64,000 nucleotides of DNA from an uncultured Pseudomonadales bacterium (GCA_964430265.1 CAYSEI010000003.1:65070-129069), one strand, 5' to 3'; counted from the first letter of the stretch, positions 37,661-47,824 are shown. Notes: generated by a model from the letters alone, not told the origin. A program made the numbers and translations.

Positions 37661-38575
37661 ATGGAAACAGGAGGAAAACCAATGCCGGAAGAAATACAAA
37701 CAAATGTTTCGCAAACAAATGCGGAAGCAGAAGCAGGAAGTGAGAAACAAGTATTAGCCTTGCTGGAGGAAACAGAAAACTTTATAGAAAAAACTGAAAA
37801 AGCAATTGAACAAGCGGATGCAGCAGTAGGTGGGAAAAAAGAAAAAATAGAATCAGAAAACTCAAGCCAGGATGAAAACTCAGATGAAAATTTGGATTTA
37901 GCTACTGCTGAAGCAGTGGCAGACCATTTGGAGGAAGTTGCTAAAAAGGAAGAAGAAAAACTTAATTCTGATCAAACTTCGGCTGAAGTAGGTGCTTTAG
38001 ATACTGCAGAGCAAGGACTGGAAACTGATAGCGCTGATGGAGAAGGTGTGGAATCAACAGAAGATAAAGAAGCTGATGTTAGTGAAGAGCAAATACAAGC
38101 AGGCGAAGAGGCAATGGAAATTTTAGACGAGGAAATTGATCCGGACGATCCGCAGTCTGCGGAAAAATTTACTGAATATAGGCAGAAACTAGTACAGTTG
38201 CTTAAAGATCATTATCACTTTGATAAGTTAAATTCTGAGCAAAAGCAGGCATTACTGGAAAAAATCAGTAATCTAACAATTAAGGATCTAGAAAAGCAAA
38301 ACTTGCAAGTTTTGGCAGAGCAACTGGGTATTGAACCACAACGTTTTTTTGATTTTAAGAATATGGCCTTGTCAGCTTTATTAAAAGGTCATGCACGTAA
38401 AAAAGACGGAAGTTTGGATTTGGACAAGATAGAAAAAGTAAACAAAGCATATTCCAAGTGGTTGAAAGCCAAAGAGATTGCGGATGCGCCGATCGGAGCT
38501 TACAATAATGCAAAAAGCTGGTTTGTCTTTATTTTTGAACAGTTTATGCAGCATGTTGTTGAAGAGAGGGTATAA
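37661..38575 (+). CDS. Acidic hypothetical protein (304 aa)
   Basis: Very glutamate/aspartate-rich N-terminal half, more structured C-terminal half; divergent from the giant-gene operon. Confidence 0.45.
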   Translation: METGGKPMPEEIQTNVSQTNAEAEAGSEKQVLALLEETENFIEKTEKAIEQADAAVGGKKEKIESENSSQDENSDENLDLATAEAVADHLEEVAKKEEEKLNSDQTSAEVGALDTAEQGLETDSADGEGVESTEDKEADVSEEQIQAGEEAMEILDEEIDPDDPQSAEKFTEYRQKLVQLLKDHYHFDKLNSEQKQALLEKISNLTIKDLEKQNLQVLAEQLGIEPQRFFDFKNMALSALLKGHARKKDGSLDLDKIEKVNKAYSKWLKAKEIADAPIGAYNNAKSWFVFIFEQFMQHVVEERV

Positions 38576-38626
38576 TTTCCTTTTCGGGCTTAATTTGGTA
38601 TAATAACTCCTTAAGAAAGGAGAAGA

Positions 38627-41600
38627 ATGAACGATTTAAACACACAACAAACTACTTCCACAACTCCGGAAAATGAACCAATGCCTGTTATTGATTTGGA
38701 AAGAGAAGAGAAAAAGGAAACTAAAAAGGAGAAAGAAAGTGTTGAAAAAAAACTACAAGATTTGAAGAATAAAGCAGAAGATCAAGTTCAAAACAAAACC
38801 TTGCGCGAGGAAGTGCAAAAAGAAATCGGAGAAATTGAAAAACTCCATCAAGCTTTGGAAGGTACATTTTTAGGTATTTTTTTGGAAGGAATAGACGACC
38901 GTATTCAAAGGGTCAATTCAGTAATTAATAAGGCAAAAGAAATAGAAGAGACAGAAACTATTGATGAAGCAAAAATGCAAAGAGTTGGCTTAAAAGAGCT
39001 TCAGAAACAACCAGTAAAAGAACAATTTTTAAATAGTGTGCAACAAAAGGCGATTGATATTTCTAAAGAAGAAACAGTAGAACAAACACTTTCTCAGGAT
39101 GAACTGAGTAGGTATCGTCAACAAGTGCTGGAGGTTGTTGAAAAAGCAAAACAAGAAGGAGATCTAGAAAGTACAACCAAAGCAGTGGAAAGATTAAAAA
39201 ATGGATTAAGTCAACTTGCGGAAAGCAAGGAAAGGACTGAGCAGGCGGAAAGAAGTCGGGAAAGACAGGTAGCAGTTGAAAGAGCCAGGGAAAAAGCGGA
39301 AGAAAAAGAACAAAAAATCAAAGAAAAAAGTAGGGTGACTGAGGAGGAAAAAGAGGAAGTTGTTGATCTTGCAGAACAATTAAAAGCAAGGCTGCGAAGA
39401 AGTGAAATTACAGAAGCTGGGAGGAAGATTATAAGGGATGAGGAATTAAAAAGTGTTTTACAGGGGCAAAGAGAGTCTGGATTGGATGTTGTAGACAATT
39501 TTCTGGATCAATTTAATGAATTAACAAATGAGGATATTTTAAATACTTTGGAAAGGGCGGGCAAAGAGCACATTGAAGAAGTAAAAAATCAGTTTGCCAG
39601 GTCCGCAGGTAGAATCAGGGAAAGGTTGATAAGCGAAAATTACAATACCCAAGATTTTGACGAAGCAATCAATAAAGTTTTTGTAAGACTGGACCAGCTT
39701 GCTGATCCGGAGCAAGCAAGGGAAGAGCAACAAGAACAAGAGGCAGAAAGACTAGAACACAATTTTGGCGGTAGAAGGGAAGAAAGCGGTCTGTTTGCTT
39801 TTAGAATGACAGAAAAAGATAGAGAACAAATGCAAGCCAGGCCATATTTTTATATCCGTAAACTTTTGGCTCAAGTTCATAGTGCAGGAGGAGAAAAAAG
39901 AATATTAATGGATACTTTGGAAACTGCGCAAAGATATTGGGAAGATTTGTACATTAATCATAAAGGAGAAATATTTAGCAAAGACTCAAAGTATACACAA
40001 GAAGAAAAACAAGAAATTTATAAACTGGTAAAAGAAACTTTTAGTAATGAAAAGCTTTTTATTGCTGCATACGGTAGTGCAGGTGTAGGTCAGAGTTTGG
40101 AAGGCAGGCAAAGAACCCGTGACTATTTTGATATTGAACAGATGCTGTTTTTTGATGAAGATTGGAGAATGCGTTTGTTTAAATCTGTTTATGAACAGGA
40201 AGATGTATCTTTTTTGCTGATGCGTTTGGGAGATCGGGTCAGAGAAGGAACCAATATCAGCGGATCTCTAGAAAATATGCGTGAATTTGCTAATAGTCTT
40301 CTTAAAGATGCTTTATCAGCAGAAAACCCCAATGCAGAACAAAGACGTCTGATTGAAAATGCTTTTTCAGGCATGTTTGATAATCCTTTGGAAAAAATGG
40401 ATTTGATCCGGGATATTACCGGGTTTAGTTCTGGAAAAGAAGAGGATTTTGGTATTTTAGAAGAGGAAATGGAGATGTTTTGGAGCTATGAAGACTGGAT
40501 TGGCAAGAACCCAGGTCTTGATATTTTATACCAGGACAAACATTATTGGCTGCCGGTTCATAGGGAAGGTGAAGAAGAAAACACAAGAGATCTGGGCAAT
40601 CCTTATTTAGACGAAGGATCAAGAATGGAAGTGATGATGGTGAAATTGGAAAAACTTAAAGGTAAGGAATTAAGTGAAGTGCTTGATAAATTAAGGTCTG
40701 TAGGGAAATATCGTTTTGAAACAGACAAAGGAAGTTTGGAAATTGATTTTGAAGAAGTTTTAGAAGGAGTTTCTGATAAAAAAGGAGCGGAAAGAATAAG
40801 AAATCAATTGCTTGAAACTCTGCTTAAAATAGAAGAAAAAAAACCAAGAAGTGAAAGAAAATCTAAACAGGAAATTATTCGCTCAGCAAAACAAAAAGCC
40901 CATGTTTTTGAACAGTTTTTTGAATACTGTAGAAGAGCGGATATGGGAGGAAGTCTTAGGGAATTGATTTCAATTAAAACAACTGCTAGAAGAAACAACT
41001 GGGATGGAGTGGAAAGTCTTGTTGATGATATTCAAAGAACAGCACCAGCAGGCGACTTTCATACAGAGTTTTTAGATTCGGCAGTTTTTAAAGGCAAAAA
41101 AAGAGCAATTGAACATGATGTTAAACAGGAAAAGTTTAGTAAAGAAGTTTTAAAAGGAAGAAAAGATGTTTCTGACGAAGAAAGGGACATGCTTTATGAA
41201 GAGTGGGAGCAAGAGTTAGGCAAGGAAGATAAAGAAAGTGAAAGAAACAAAATTAAGGATGAGGTTGATAAAAGGTTTTCCGAATGGAAAAAGGAATATG
41301 TTTTAGGAGAGGCAGCCCAGTTAATAGGTCCGGTGGGACAAGAAATTGGTGCACGTTTGGTTGAAGAAGGAGGCGGATGGATGATAAAAATGCCGGAGAT
41401 TGGTAGCAAAGCTAACATGGAACAAGTCTTAAAAAAGTTTAACCATGCTTTGGAAACCTGGAGTGCACTTTCAAAAGATGCATATGCGCATAAAAAAGTT
41501 GGTAATGCTGGAGACTGGCACGGGAGGTATGCAACTACGCATAAGGCACTAGAACATTTAAAAGAAATTGTGCGAATGGGAAGAAACAAGGCATTTATGG

Positions 41601-42091
41601 AAGGCAAAATTGGAGAACTATATGAATCATTAGGAGCGGACAATTATAAAACACCACCTAATGAAGGTAAAGCTGAATGGTATGATAGGCCGTTTGAAAT
41701 TCTTTTGGGTGGTGAACCTTTGGTAAAAACCCGGGCTGAAGAAGGGAAATTAAGGTCTTATCAAAACTGGTTGCGTGTGGCTCCTTTTCCAATTGAAGCA
41801 AAAGAAACAATATTAAGAAGCTTGCTTGCAGATCAATTGCCGGATGTTGATGCTTCAGAACCAATATATAAACAGTGGAAAGATAGATTAAAAAGGGAAA
41901 TTACTTATCAACGCTGGAAATTTAATGTATTAGGGCTTTATGAGACTATTGGTAAAAAATCCGCTCGCTGGGCATGGCTATTTTTACTGGGCCATTTAAT
42001 TGCTTCTGTTAATGTTTTGTTGAGTGAAACTGAGGGAATCGGAGATGTGGATGTTACTCCGTTTTTTGATCCGTTACAGGTTCTAAAATAA
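38627..42091 (+). CDS. Large (1154 aa) hypothetical protein with charged coiled-coil N-terminal region
   Basis: ~400 aa of E/K/R-rich heptad-like sequence, then a ~750-aa globular region; no NTP-binding motifs seen. Confidence 0.55.
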   Translation: MNDLNTQQTTSTTPENEPMPVIDLEREEKKETKKEKESVEKKLQDLKNKAEDQVQNKTLREEVQKEIGEIEKLHQALEGTFLGIFLEGIDDRIQRVNSVINKAKEIEETETIDEAKMQRVGLKELQKQPVKEQFLNSVQQKAIDISKEETVEQTLSQDELSRYRQQVLEVVEKAKQEGDLESTTKAVERLKNGLSQLAESKERTEQAERSRERQVAVERAREKAEEKEQKIKEKSRVTEEEKEEVVDLAEQLKARLRRSEITEAGRKIIRDEELKSVLQGQRESGLDVVDNFLDQFNELTNEDILNTLERAGKEHIEEVKNQFARSAGRIRERLISENYNTQDFDEAINKVFVRLDQLADPEQAREEQQEQEAERLEHNFGGRREESGLFAFRMTEKDREQMQARPYFYIRKLLAQVHSAGGEKRILMDTLETAQRYWEDLYINHKGEIFSKDSKYTQEEKQEIYKLVKETFSNEKLFIAAYGSAGVGQSLEGRQRTRDYFDIEQMLFFDEDWRMRLFKSVYEQEDVSFLLMRLGDRVREGTNISGSLENMREFANSLLKDALSAENPNAEQRRLIENAFSGMFDNPLEKMDLIRDITGFSSGKEEDFGILEEEMEMFWSYEDWIGKNPGLDILYQDKHYWLPVHREGEEENTRDLGNPYLDEGSRMEVMMVKLEKLKGKELSEVLDKLRSVGKYRFETDKGSLEIDFEEVLEGVSDKKGAERIRNQLLETLLKIEEKKPRSERKSKQEIIRSAKQKAHVFEQFFEYCRRADMGGSLRELISIKTTARRNNWDGVESLVDDIQRTAPAGDFHTEFLDSAVFKGKKRAIEHDVKQEKFSKEVLKGRKDVSDEERDMLYEEWEQELGKEDKESERNKIKDEVDKRFSEWKKEYVLGEAAQLIGPVGQEIGARLVEEGGGWMIKMPEIGSKANMEQVLKKFNHALETWSALSKDAYAHKKVGNAGDWHGRYATTHKALEHLKEIVRMGRNKAFMEGKIGELYESLGADNYKTPPNEGKAEWYDRPFEILLGGEPLVKTRAEEGKLRSYQNWLRVAPFPIEAKETILRSLLADQLPDVDASEPIYKQWKDRLKREITYQRWKFNVLGLYETIGKKSARWAWLFLLGHLIASVNVLLSETEGIGDVDVTPFFDPLQVLK

Positions 42092-42094
42092 GAA

Positions 42095-43579
42095 TTAGGT
42101 TCTTCTGTTTCTTTCTGAAAGCTGTGCTTTAGTAAGCGCATCGCTTCTTCTCTGACGTCTCCATTGCTGATAAGATTGACGTACTTGCATAGGTCTTGCC
42201 ATACTGCCGGCAATTTGTTGGGCAACCATTCCACCCATTTTATCTTCAACACCAAAAGCTCCCTTAACAATTTCAGGTACTTTGGTAATCATTAAGATCA
42301 TGCCAAAGCCGATTACGGACAGAATTGGATTACCAAGAGAATTTCCTGATGTATTGAAGAATCCGAATAATGGAGGGACCCAAACGTTTTCATCGTTTTC
42401 AGTTGCACTATAATAACCCACATCGCAAGAAACACACCAAGGGTTTGAATCATCATTACATGCAGAATCACAATCTCCTGGTGTTACGTGTGATCTATTT
42501 CCCATCATTAAAGCGGCAACAAGAAACATTATCCCTACGGCGGGAAAAACTAAGATATTTGCAAGCAGGCTTTTAATCCAGTTTTTAAAACTGTCATTTC
42601 CGGGAATAGCGTTAAATAGAATTACTAAAGGTGAAAAAACAATTTGAACAACAACACTGACATATGTTTTTGCCAGTGAAAAGAAAATTTTGGCAATGTT
42701 AAAGAAAAGAACAAAAAACATAAAGGTAAACCCCAAATTTCCAACAAGTTTTCCTGAGATCCACCCAAGTCCTCGTCGGACTAAATTTTCATCACCAAAA
42801 AGACTATTGACTAAGTTATCCAATGCATGAGCAGGAGCTCTGGCAAAAAGCTTTTTACCAGAGAAGGTTATTTCAAACAGGTTTTTTCTTAATAAGTTTT
42901 GAATTACTTCTTCGGAACTAGTAATTAAACCGGAAAATTGTAAAAGACCGACAAAACCGTAAATAATAATATAAATAAGGTCAATTAGTAATCCGGCAAT
43001 TGCATAGGAAAAAGTAATTAAAAGCAATGTAACTACAATCCTTGGGAGGGCGGATTGCACAGTAATAACTGTTTGCGGGTCAATCTTGCTTCTAAACATT
43101 ATCATGAAGCCAACTATTATAAATATAAAAACAAAAAATACATAAGAGAGATTTCTAAAAGCCTTCCAGATTTCCAAAAAAGGAGCCAGTGCACGCCATC
43201 CTGTTGAATTTTCTTGTGCAAAAGCAGGGGAAGCAATCCCAATCCTTTGTCCAATATCTGCAAAATATTCAATACTGCTTGCGGGTGGACTGTCAATCAT
43301 GTAAGCAACTTGATTGGTTAACATTGGAATTAAACCGCTGGTACTTCCGTCTTGTTCGGAAGTTTCATACATGACTGTATTCAAGGATCCTGAGGTTGCT
43401 GCTACTGTTTGTGCCACCCAGCATTCTTGGTTCATCTGACCTTCTTCACATTTCTCCAGTGCATTTTTAAAGCTTTGTTGAGCTTCAGATTGGGCAATAG
43501 CAGGATTAGGGGATAAGAAAAGGAAAGCGGTAAAAACAAACAGTAAACTAACAAATATAATAGTTTTTAAATTTTTCAT
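42095..43579 (-). CDS. Polytopic membrane protein with signal peptide and large N-terminal extracytoplasmic domain (VirB6/TrbL-like candidate)
   Basis: Signal peptide ending AIAQ, ~150-aa periplasmic domain, at least 5 TM helices, Cys-rich loop; immediately downstream of the pilin array. Confidence 0.45.
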   Translation of the reverse strand: MKNLKTIIFVSLLFVFTAFLFLSPNPAIAQSEAQQSFKNALEKCEEGQMNQECWVAQTVAATSGSLNTVMYETSEQDGSTSGLIPMLTNQVAYMIDSPPASSIEYFADIGQRIGIASPAFAQENSTGWRALAPFLEIWKAFRNLSYVFFVFIFIIVGFMIMFRSKIDPQTVITVQSALPRIVVTLLLITFSYAIAGLLIDLIYIIIYGFVGLLQFSGLITSSEEVIQNLLRKNLFEITFSGKKLFARAPAHALDNLVNSLFGDENLVRRGLGWISGKLVGNLGFTFMFFVLFFNIAKIFFSLAKTYVSVVVQIVFSPLVILFNAIPGNDSFKNWIKSLLANILVFPAVGIMFLVAALMMGNRSHVTPGDCDSACNDDSNPWCVSCDVGYYSATENDENVWVPPLFGFFNTSGNSLGNPILSVIGFGMILMITKVPEIVKGAFGVEDKMGGMVAQQIAGSMARPMQVRQSYQQWRRQRRSDALTKAQLSERNRRT

Positions 43580-43623
43580 TGCTTTGATTTTAATTAATTT
43601 TACTCTTATTTACAAGCTGATGT

Positions 43624-43953
43624 TTAGTTAACAATTTTAAAAACAGTTACTTCAACACCGGTAAAGGATTCAATTATTCGGAATATAAACCAGACTCCTA
43701 TTATCAATATTAATCCAATTAATGCAGTAGTAATTGTTTTTTTTGCTTGCTGGGTTTGTTCTGGGTTTGCTCCTGCGGTAAGGAATTGGAAACCTCCAAT
43801 TAAAAGCATAATAAAAAGTACAATTGCACCGGCAGTGGTGATCAAAGATAAAATATTGCCAATCAATATTTCCAGATCGCCAAAGTCTGCCGGTTCATTT
43901 GCAGGAGAATCCCATTCTTCTAATTGAGCATAAACAGTTGATACTAGGCTCAT
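43624..43953 (-). CDS. VirB2/TrbC-like pilin paralog
   Basis: Leader ending VYAQ; helix 1, GGFQFLTAGANPEQ…AKKTITTALIGLILI, helix 2: a two-helix pilin pattern shared with the neighbours. Confidence 0.5.
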   Translation of the reverse strand: MSLVSTVYAQLEEWDSPANEPADFGDLEILIGNILSLITTAGAIVLFIMLLIGGFQFLTAGANPEQTQQAKKTITTALIGLILIIGVWFIFRIIESFTGVEVTVFKIVN

Positions 43954-43962
43954 AAATATGTT

Positions 43963-44343
43963 TTATCTAATAGATGGGATGTCAATTTCGCTAAAGCTGA
44001 CGCCAAAGAATTGACCCACCAATTGCATAACTGCCCAAGCTGCGGCAACAATTGCCAAGCCAACTAAAGCAGCAGTTATTTTGTTGCGTGCCTCTTCATA
44101 TTGTGCTTTGTCTCCACCTGAGGTTATCCATTGAATTCCGCCCCAGACTAGGTATACAAAGGTTAAAAGTCCGGCGATTGCCAAAATAACAGTAATGCCA
44201 TTTTGAATTAATTGTCCTAATCTGCCTTCGGGAACGCCTTGTTCTGGCGGTTCCACTACAATGTCTTGTGCATAAGCAACAGATCCAGACAATAAAGTTG
44301 TTAAAACTGAACTGCCTAATTTTGCTAATTTTTTCATATTCAC
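43963..44343 (-). CDS. VirB2/TrbC-like pilin paralog
   Basis: Signal peptide ending AYAQ; WGGIQWITSGGDKAQYEEARNKITAALVGLAIVAAAW core. Confidence 0.5.
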   Translation of the reverse strand: MNMKKLAKLGSSVLTTLLSGSVAYAQDIVVEPPEQGVPEGRLGQLIQNGITVILAIAGLLTFVYLVWGGIQWITSGGDKAQYEEARNKITAALVGLAIVAAAWAVMQLVGQFFGVSFSEIDIPSIR

Positions 44344-44399
44344 CTCCTTTAATCTTATTTTTTAATTATAACTATCCCTTCTCTGTTGTCAAGGGAAAA

Positions 44400-44756
44400 T
44401 TAGATACCGAGATTAAATACTGCGTTTGTTCCGGTTGTCCCAATACCCAAGAATTTAATTGCCAGCCGCCAAATTACCCAAGCCACTGCTAGTAATGCAA
44501 GTCCAATCAAAGAATGAAGCATTTTGTTGCGTGCATCTTCTACCCGTGACTTGTCGCCTTCAGCAGTAATATATTCTAAAGCACCCCATACAAAATATCC
44601 CAGTGTAAGAAGGGCTCCAATAGCAATTGCAAAGGTAACTATATTAGAAACAAGAGTTCCAATATTTTTGATTTCAAACAATGCATCTGCTTCATCCCGG
44701 ATATTAGTGTTTACGGGTTGTGCGTATACTGGAGGAATAATGTTTAATAAATTCAT
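44400..44756 (-). CDS. VirB2/TrbC-like pilin paralog
   Basis: VYAQ leader; WGALEYITAEGDKSRVEDARNKMLHSLIGLALLAVAW core. Confidence 0.5.
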   Translation of the reverse strand: MNLLNIIPPVYAQPVNTNIRDEADALFEIKNIGTLVSNIVTFAIAIGALLTLGYFVWGALEYITAEGDKSRVEDARNKMLHSLIGLALLAVAWVIWRLAIKFLGIGTTGTNAVFNLGI

Positions 44757-44757
44757 T

Positions 44758-45093
44758 TTATTGTGGTGTTGGCCAAACTATATTTAATATATCAAAACCA
44801 AAGATTGCTTCCGCCAGGATCATAATAGCAAAGGATCCGGCTAAAAGAGCCATACCAATGAAAGCATGAGTGATTTTATTTTTAGCTGCTTCCAGTTTAT
44901 CTGGTTTGCCTTCACTCATCAGCCAGTCAACTGCACCCCAGACAAAGTATAGAAGAAGAGCCACACCGCCTACGACAACAACAGTCCTCCATAAACGGAC
45001 AAATAATGGTGCAAGTGGGTTACCGGCAACGCCAGTATATCCGCCTTCTGAATTTGGCAAAACTGGATTAGTAATTTGTGCTATTTTTTTCAT
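44758..45093 (-). CDS. VirB2/TrbC-like pilin paralog
   Basis: WGAVDWLMSEGKPDKLEAAKNKITHAFIGMALLAGSF core. Confidence 0.5.
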   Translation of the reverse strand: MKKIAQITNPVLPNSEGGYTGVAGNPLAPLFVRLWRTVVVVGGVALLLYFVWGAVDWLMSEGKPDKLEAAKNKITHAFIGMALLAGSFAIMILAEAIFGFDILNIVWPTPQ

Positions 45094-45473
45094 CAGCTCC
45101 AGAAATTTCTTATATATTCTCCCGGGTTTAATATATTTACTCCCAGGATTGATCCTACTATAAATATTACTGCATAAGCTGCCACAACTACAATAAGACC
45201 AATAGCAGCGTCTGTCAGCATTTTTTTGGATTTTTCCACTTGGTCCTGCTTACCTCCAGCAGTTATCCAATTCAGCCCGCCAATAAAAAAGTAGATAATA
45301 AAAAGAATTCCGGCAACAATTGTAAATGTGCCAATTACATTGGAAAGAATTTTTTCAAGTGTAGGAATTCCGTAATCTCCGGTATTGGGATTATAAGCTC
45401 CGGTAATTCCTTCTATTGCACCAAGATTCTCTTGGGCATAGACTTCTGTTATTAAGTTATTTAAAATTTTCAT
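45093..45473 (-). CDS. VirB2/TrbC-like pilin paralog
   Basis: VYAQ leader; IGGLNWITAGGKQDQVEKSKKMLTDAAIGLIVVVAAY core. Confidence 0.5.
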   Translation of the reverse strand: MKILNNLITEVYAQENLGAIEGITGAYNPNTGDYGIPTLEKILSNVIGTFTIVAGILFIIYFFIGGLNWITAGGKQDQVEKSKKMLTDAAIGLIVVVAAYAVIFIVGSILGVNILNPGEYIRNFWS

Positions 45474-45856
45474 ATTCCTGGTCCATAAATTTTAGGTTGT
45501 AATATTGCTGTTGCATCTTTAAAGATCAGCCATCCAAGTAAAGCAGCGATAGTAAATGAAGCAACAATGATTACCAGACCAAGAAGTGAATTAAATATTT
45601 TTTGCCAGGCGTTTTGAATTTTCTCAGGATCACCACTGGCAGTAATAAAGTCAAATCCGGCCAGAAGAAGATTAAAAAAAGTCCAAATTCCGGCAACAAT
45701 AGTTAAGGTTTTAACAATATTGCTGAGAAATCCTACCAGTCCGCCGTTGGGATTATTGTAGTCTCCATATCCGTCTTGAAGAGGGTTGCTGATATTGCCA
45801 AAAACGTCTTGCGCATAGGCAGTGGAAACAATTTTGTTATATATTTTATTAATCAT
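45470..45856 (-). CDS. VirB2/TrbC-like pilin paralog
   Basis: AYAQ leader; LAGFDFITASGDPEKIQNAWQKIFNSLLGLVIIVASF core; start trimmed to the Met giving an ATGA overlap with the upstream gene. Confidence 0.5.
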   Translation of the reverse strand: MINKIYNKIVSTAYAQDVFGNISNPLQDGYGDYNNPNGGLVGFLSNIVKTLTIVAGIWTFFNLLLAGFDFITASGDPEKIQNAWQKIFNSLLGLVIIVASFTIAALLGWLIFKDATAILQPKIYGPGI

Positions 45857-46173
45857 ATTCCAGTACCTTCCAAAATTGGCACTCCTGTAATGTATTGTAC
45901 TATTTGAATAATCCAAAAAGCAGCAAATACCAAAATAAATCCAATTATTGCTGCTGTGATCGCTTTACTGCCTTGTGCTTTTTGCTGCGGATCATTTCCA
46001 CTCGTTATTATAGCAAAACCGCCTCCTATGAGCAAAAAGAAAAGTAATAGGCCTGCTACCATTAGGACGTTGGGTAAAATAGCGGTAATAAATTCGCCAA
46101 TGCTGCCGTAGCCGGTTTTATTGGCTATTCCTTCGTTTCCAAGTTTAAATTTGTCTCCAATATCTACTGGCAT
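45853..46173 (-). CDS. VirB2/TrbC-like pilin paralog (first gene of the array)
   Basis: IGGGFAIITSGNDPQQKAQGSKAITAAIIGFILVFAAF core; a TGcTATAAT-like -10 element lies ~8 nt upstream of the ATG on the minus strand (about 46180-46190). Confidence 0.5.
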   Translation of the reverse strand: MPVDIGDKFKLGNEGIANKTGYGSIGEFITAILPNVLMVAGLLLFFLLIGGGFAIITSGNDPQQKAQGSKAITAAIIGFILVFAAFWIIQIVQYITGVPILEGTGI

Positions 46174-46253
46174 TTGCAGATATTATAGCATGTAAAACTA
46201 AAAGAGTGAAAGAGGGGAAGCTTTTTAATTGTAGGTGTTGATATAATACGTTT

Positions 46254-47237
46254 ATGCTGAAAAAAGAAATTTTAAAGTTTAAAAACCAGTTTGATCCGCT
46301 GTTAAAGAAAAAACTAAAAAAGGAAGAAAGTCTTTTTTTTAAAGAATATTCACTGCTTATTAGAGAGATTGAAAGAGTAACCTTTTCTGGAGGAAAACGG
46401 ATCAGGCCATTGTTGGTATGTTGGGGGTATCAAGCAGTTGGTGGAGGAAATTTTGCAGATGTAGTTGATGCATGCTTTAGTATTGAACTTTTTCATACAT
46501 TTGCTTTGATACACGATGATATTATGGATAAATCAGAAAAACGTAGAGGTAAAATAACTACTTGGAAAAAAATAGGAGTTGATAAAGCAATTTTGACAGG
46601 AGACTTGTGTTTAAGTTTAGCGGATGAATACTTTCCTCAAAAAGCAAATAAAAAATATTTTAATTTATTAAAAAAAGAAACCTGTCTGGGTCAGTATTTG
46701 GATATTCAGAACAATAAAGAATTTAGTGAAAAACAAGTAAGAAAAATTTTAGATTTTAAAACTGCAAAATATACAATTGTCCGTCCTTTGCAGATTGGTG
46801 CTAGTTTTAAAACGCAAGATGATAAAATTATGAAGCTTTTTTTGAAATATGGTAAAAGAATGGGAACAGCATTTCAAATAAAAGATGATTTATTGGGTGT
46901 TTTTGGAGAAGATAATAAAACAGGCAAGCCAGTTGGAGAAGATATTAGTGAAGGGAAAAAAACCTTGCTGATTGCAAAGTTAAAAAAAATAGGAAAAAGT
47001 ATGAAAAAAAAGGAGAAAGAAAAATTTTCAAATTTGTTTAACTGTAAAAAAAGATTAAACAAGAGTGAACAGAAATTCATTATTAACCTTTTTAAAAAAT
47101 ATAATATAGACAAAGAAGTAATTGCAGAAATGCAAAAAGAAGCAGAACAGGCAAGAAAGATAATCAACAATTCGGATATAAAAGAAAAAGAAAAACTTTT
47201 ACAAATGACTCAATATCTTATTAATAGAGAACATTAA
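46254..47237 (+). CDS. Short-chain trans-polyprenyl diphosphate synthase (GGPP/FPP synthase type)
   Basis: First DDxxD motif LIHDDIMD and second FQIKDDLLG; 327 aa. Confidence 0.85.
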   Translation: MLKKEILKFKNQFDPLLKKKLKKEESLFFKEYSLLIREIERVTFSGGKRIRPLLVCWGYQAVGGGNFADVVDACFSIELFHTFALIHDDIMDKSEKRRGKITTWKKIGVDKAILTGDLCLSLADEYFPQKANKKYFNLLKKETCLGQYLDIQNNKEFSEKQVRKILDFKTAKYTIVRPLQIGASFKTQDDKIMKLFLKYGKRMGTAFQIKDDLLGVFGEDNKTGKPVGEDISEGKKTLLIAKLKKIGKSMKKKEKEKFSNLFNCKKRLNKSEQKFIINLFKKYNIDKEVIAEMQKEAEQARKIINNSDIKEKEKLLQMTQYLINREH

Positions 47238-47780
47238 ATGAACGAAAAAAAACTGATTAGCAAAATACTTAAAGGAAACAAGCGAGCAAAAAAGAAATTT
47301 TATCAGTATTATAAGCCGCGGCTGGTTAAATATATCCAAATAAAAACGCCAAATAAACAAGATGCAGAAGAGATTTTACAAGATACATTTATGTCTGCTT
47401 TTTTATCTTTGCCTAATTTTAAACAGGACAGTTCTTTGTATACATGGCTTTGTTCAATAGCCCGGCATGAAATAGCGGATTTTTACCGCAAAAAAAAGAT
47501 TAAGACTATTGTTTTTTCCCGCTTGCCTTTTCTAGAAAATTTATTTTCTGAAGCTTTGGGACCGGAATTAAAATACAAGGAAAAGAAGATAAAGGAAAAG
47601 ATTAGTGATTCTTTTGGCAGTTTAAAAAAAGAATACGTGCAAATTCTCAAACTTAAATATATTCATAACAAATCGGTGAAAGAGATTGCTAAAATACTGG
47701 GTAAGAGTTTTAAAGCAACAGAATCACTTCTTTACCGGGCAAGAAAAGCATTTCAAAGGGAATACTTATTGCTTGATTAA
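47238..47780 (+). CDS. ECF-type RNA polymerase sigma-70 family factor
   Basis: Region 2 (…DTFMSAFLSLPNF…YTWLCSIARHEIADFYRKK) and region 4 HTH (…VKEIAKILGKSFKATESLLYRARKAF…). Confidence 0.65.
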   Translation: MNEKKLISKILKGNKRAKKKFYQYYKPRLVKYIQIKTPNKQDAEEILQDTFMSAFLSLPNFKQDSSLYTWLCSIARHEIADFYRKKKIKTIVFSRLPFLENLFSEALGPELKYKEKKIKEKISDSFGSLKKEYVQILKLKYIHNKSVKEIAKILGKSFKATESLLYRARKAFQREYLLLD

Positions 47781-47824
47781 AAGCAAATTCGAATGATTTT
47801 TCTTTTTTTTACGACAGATATAGT

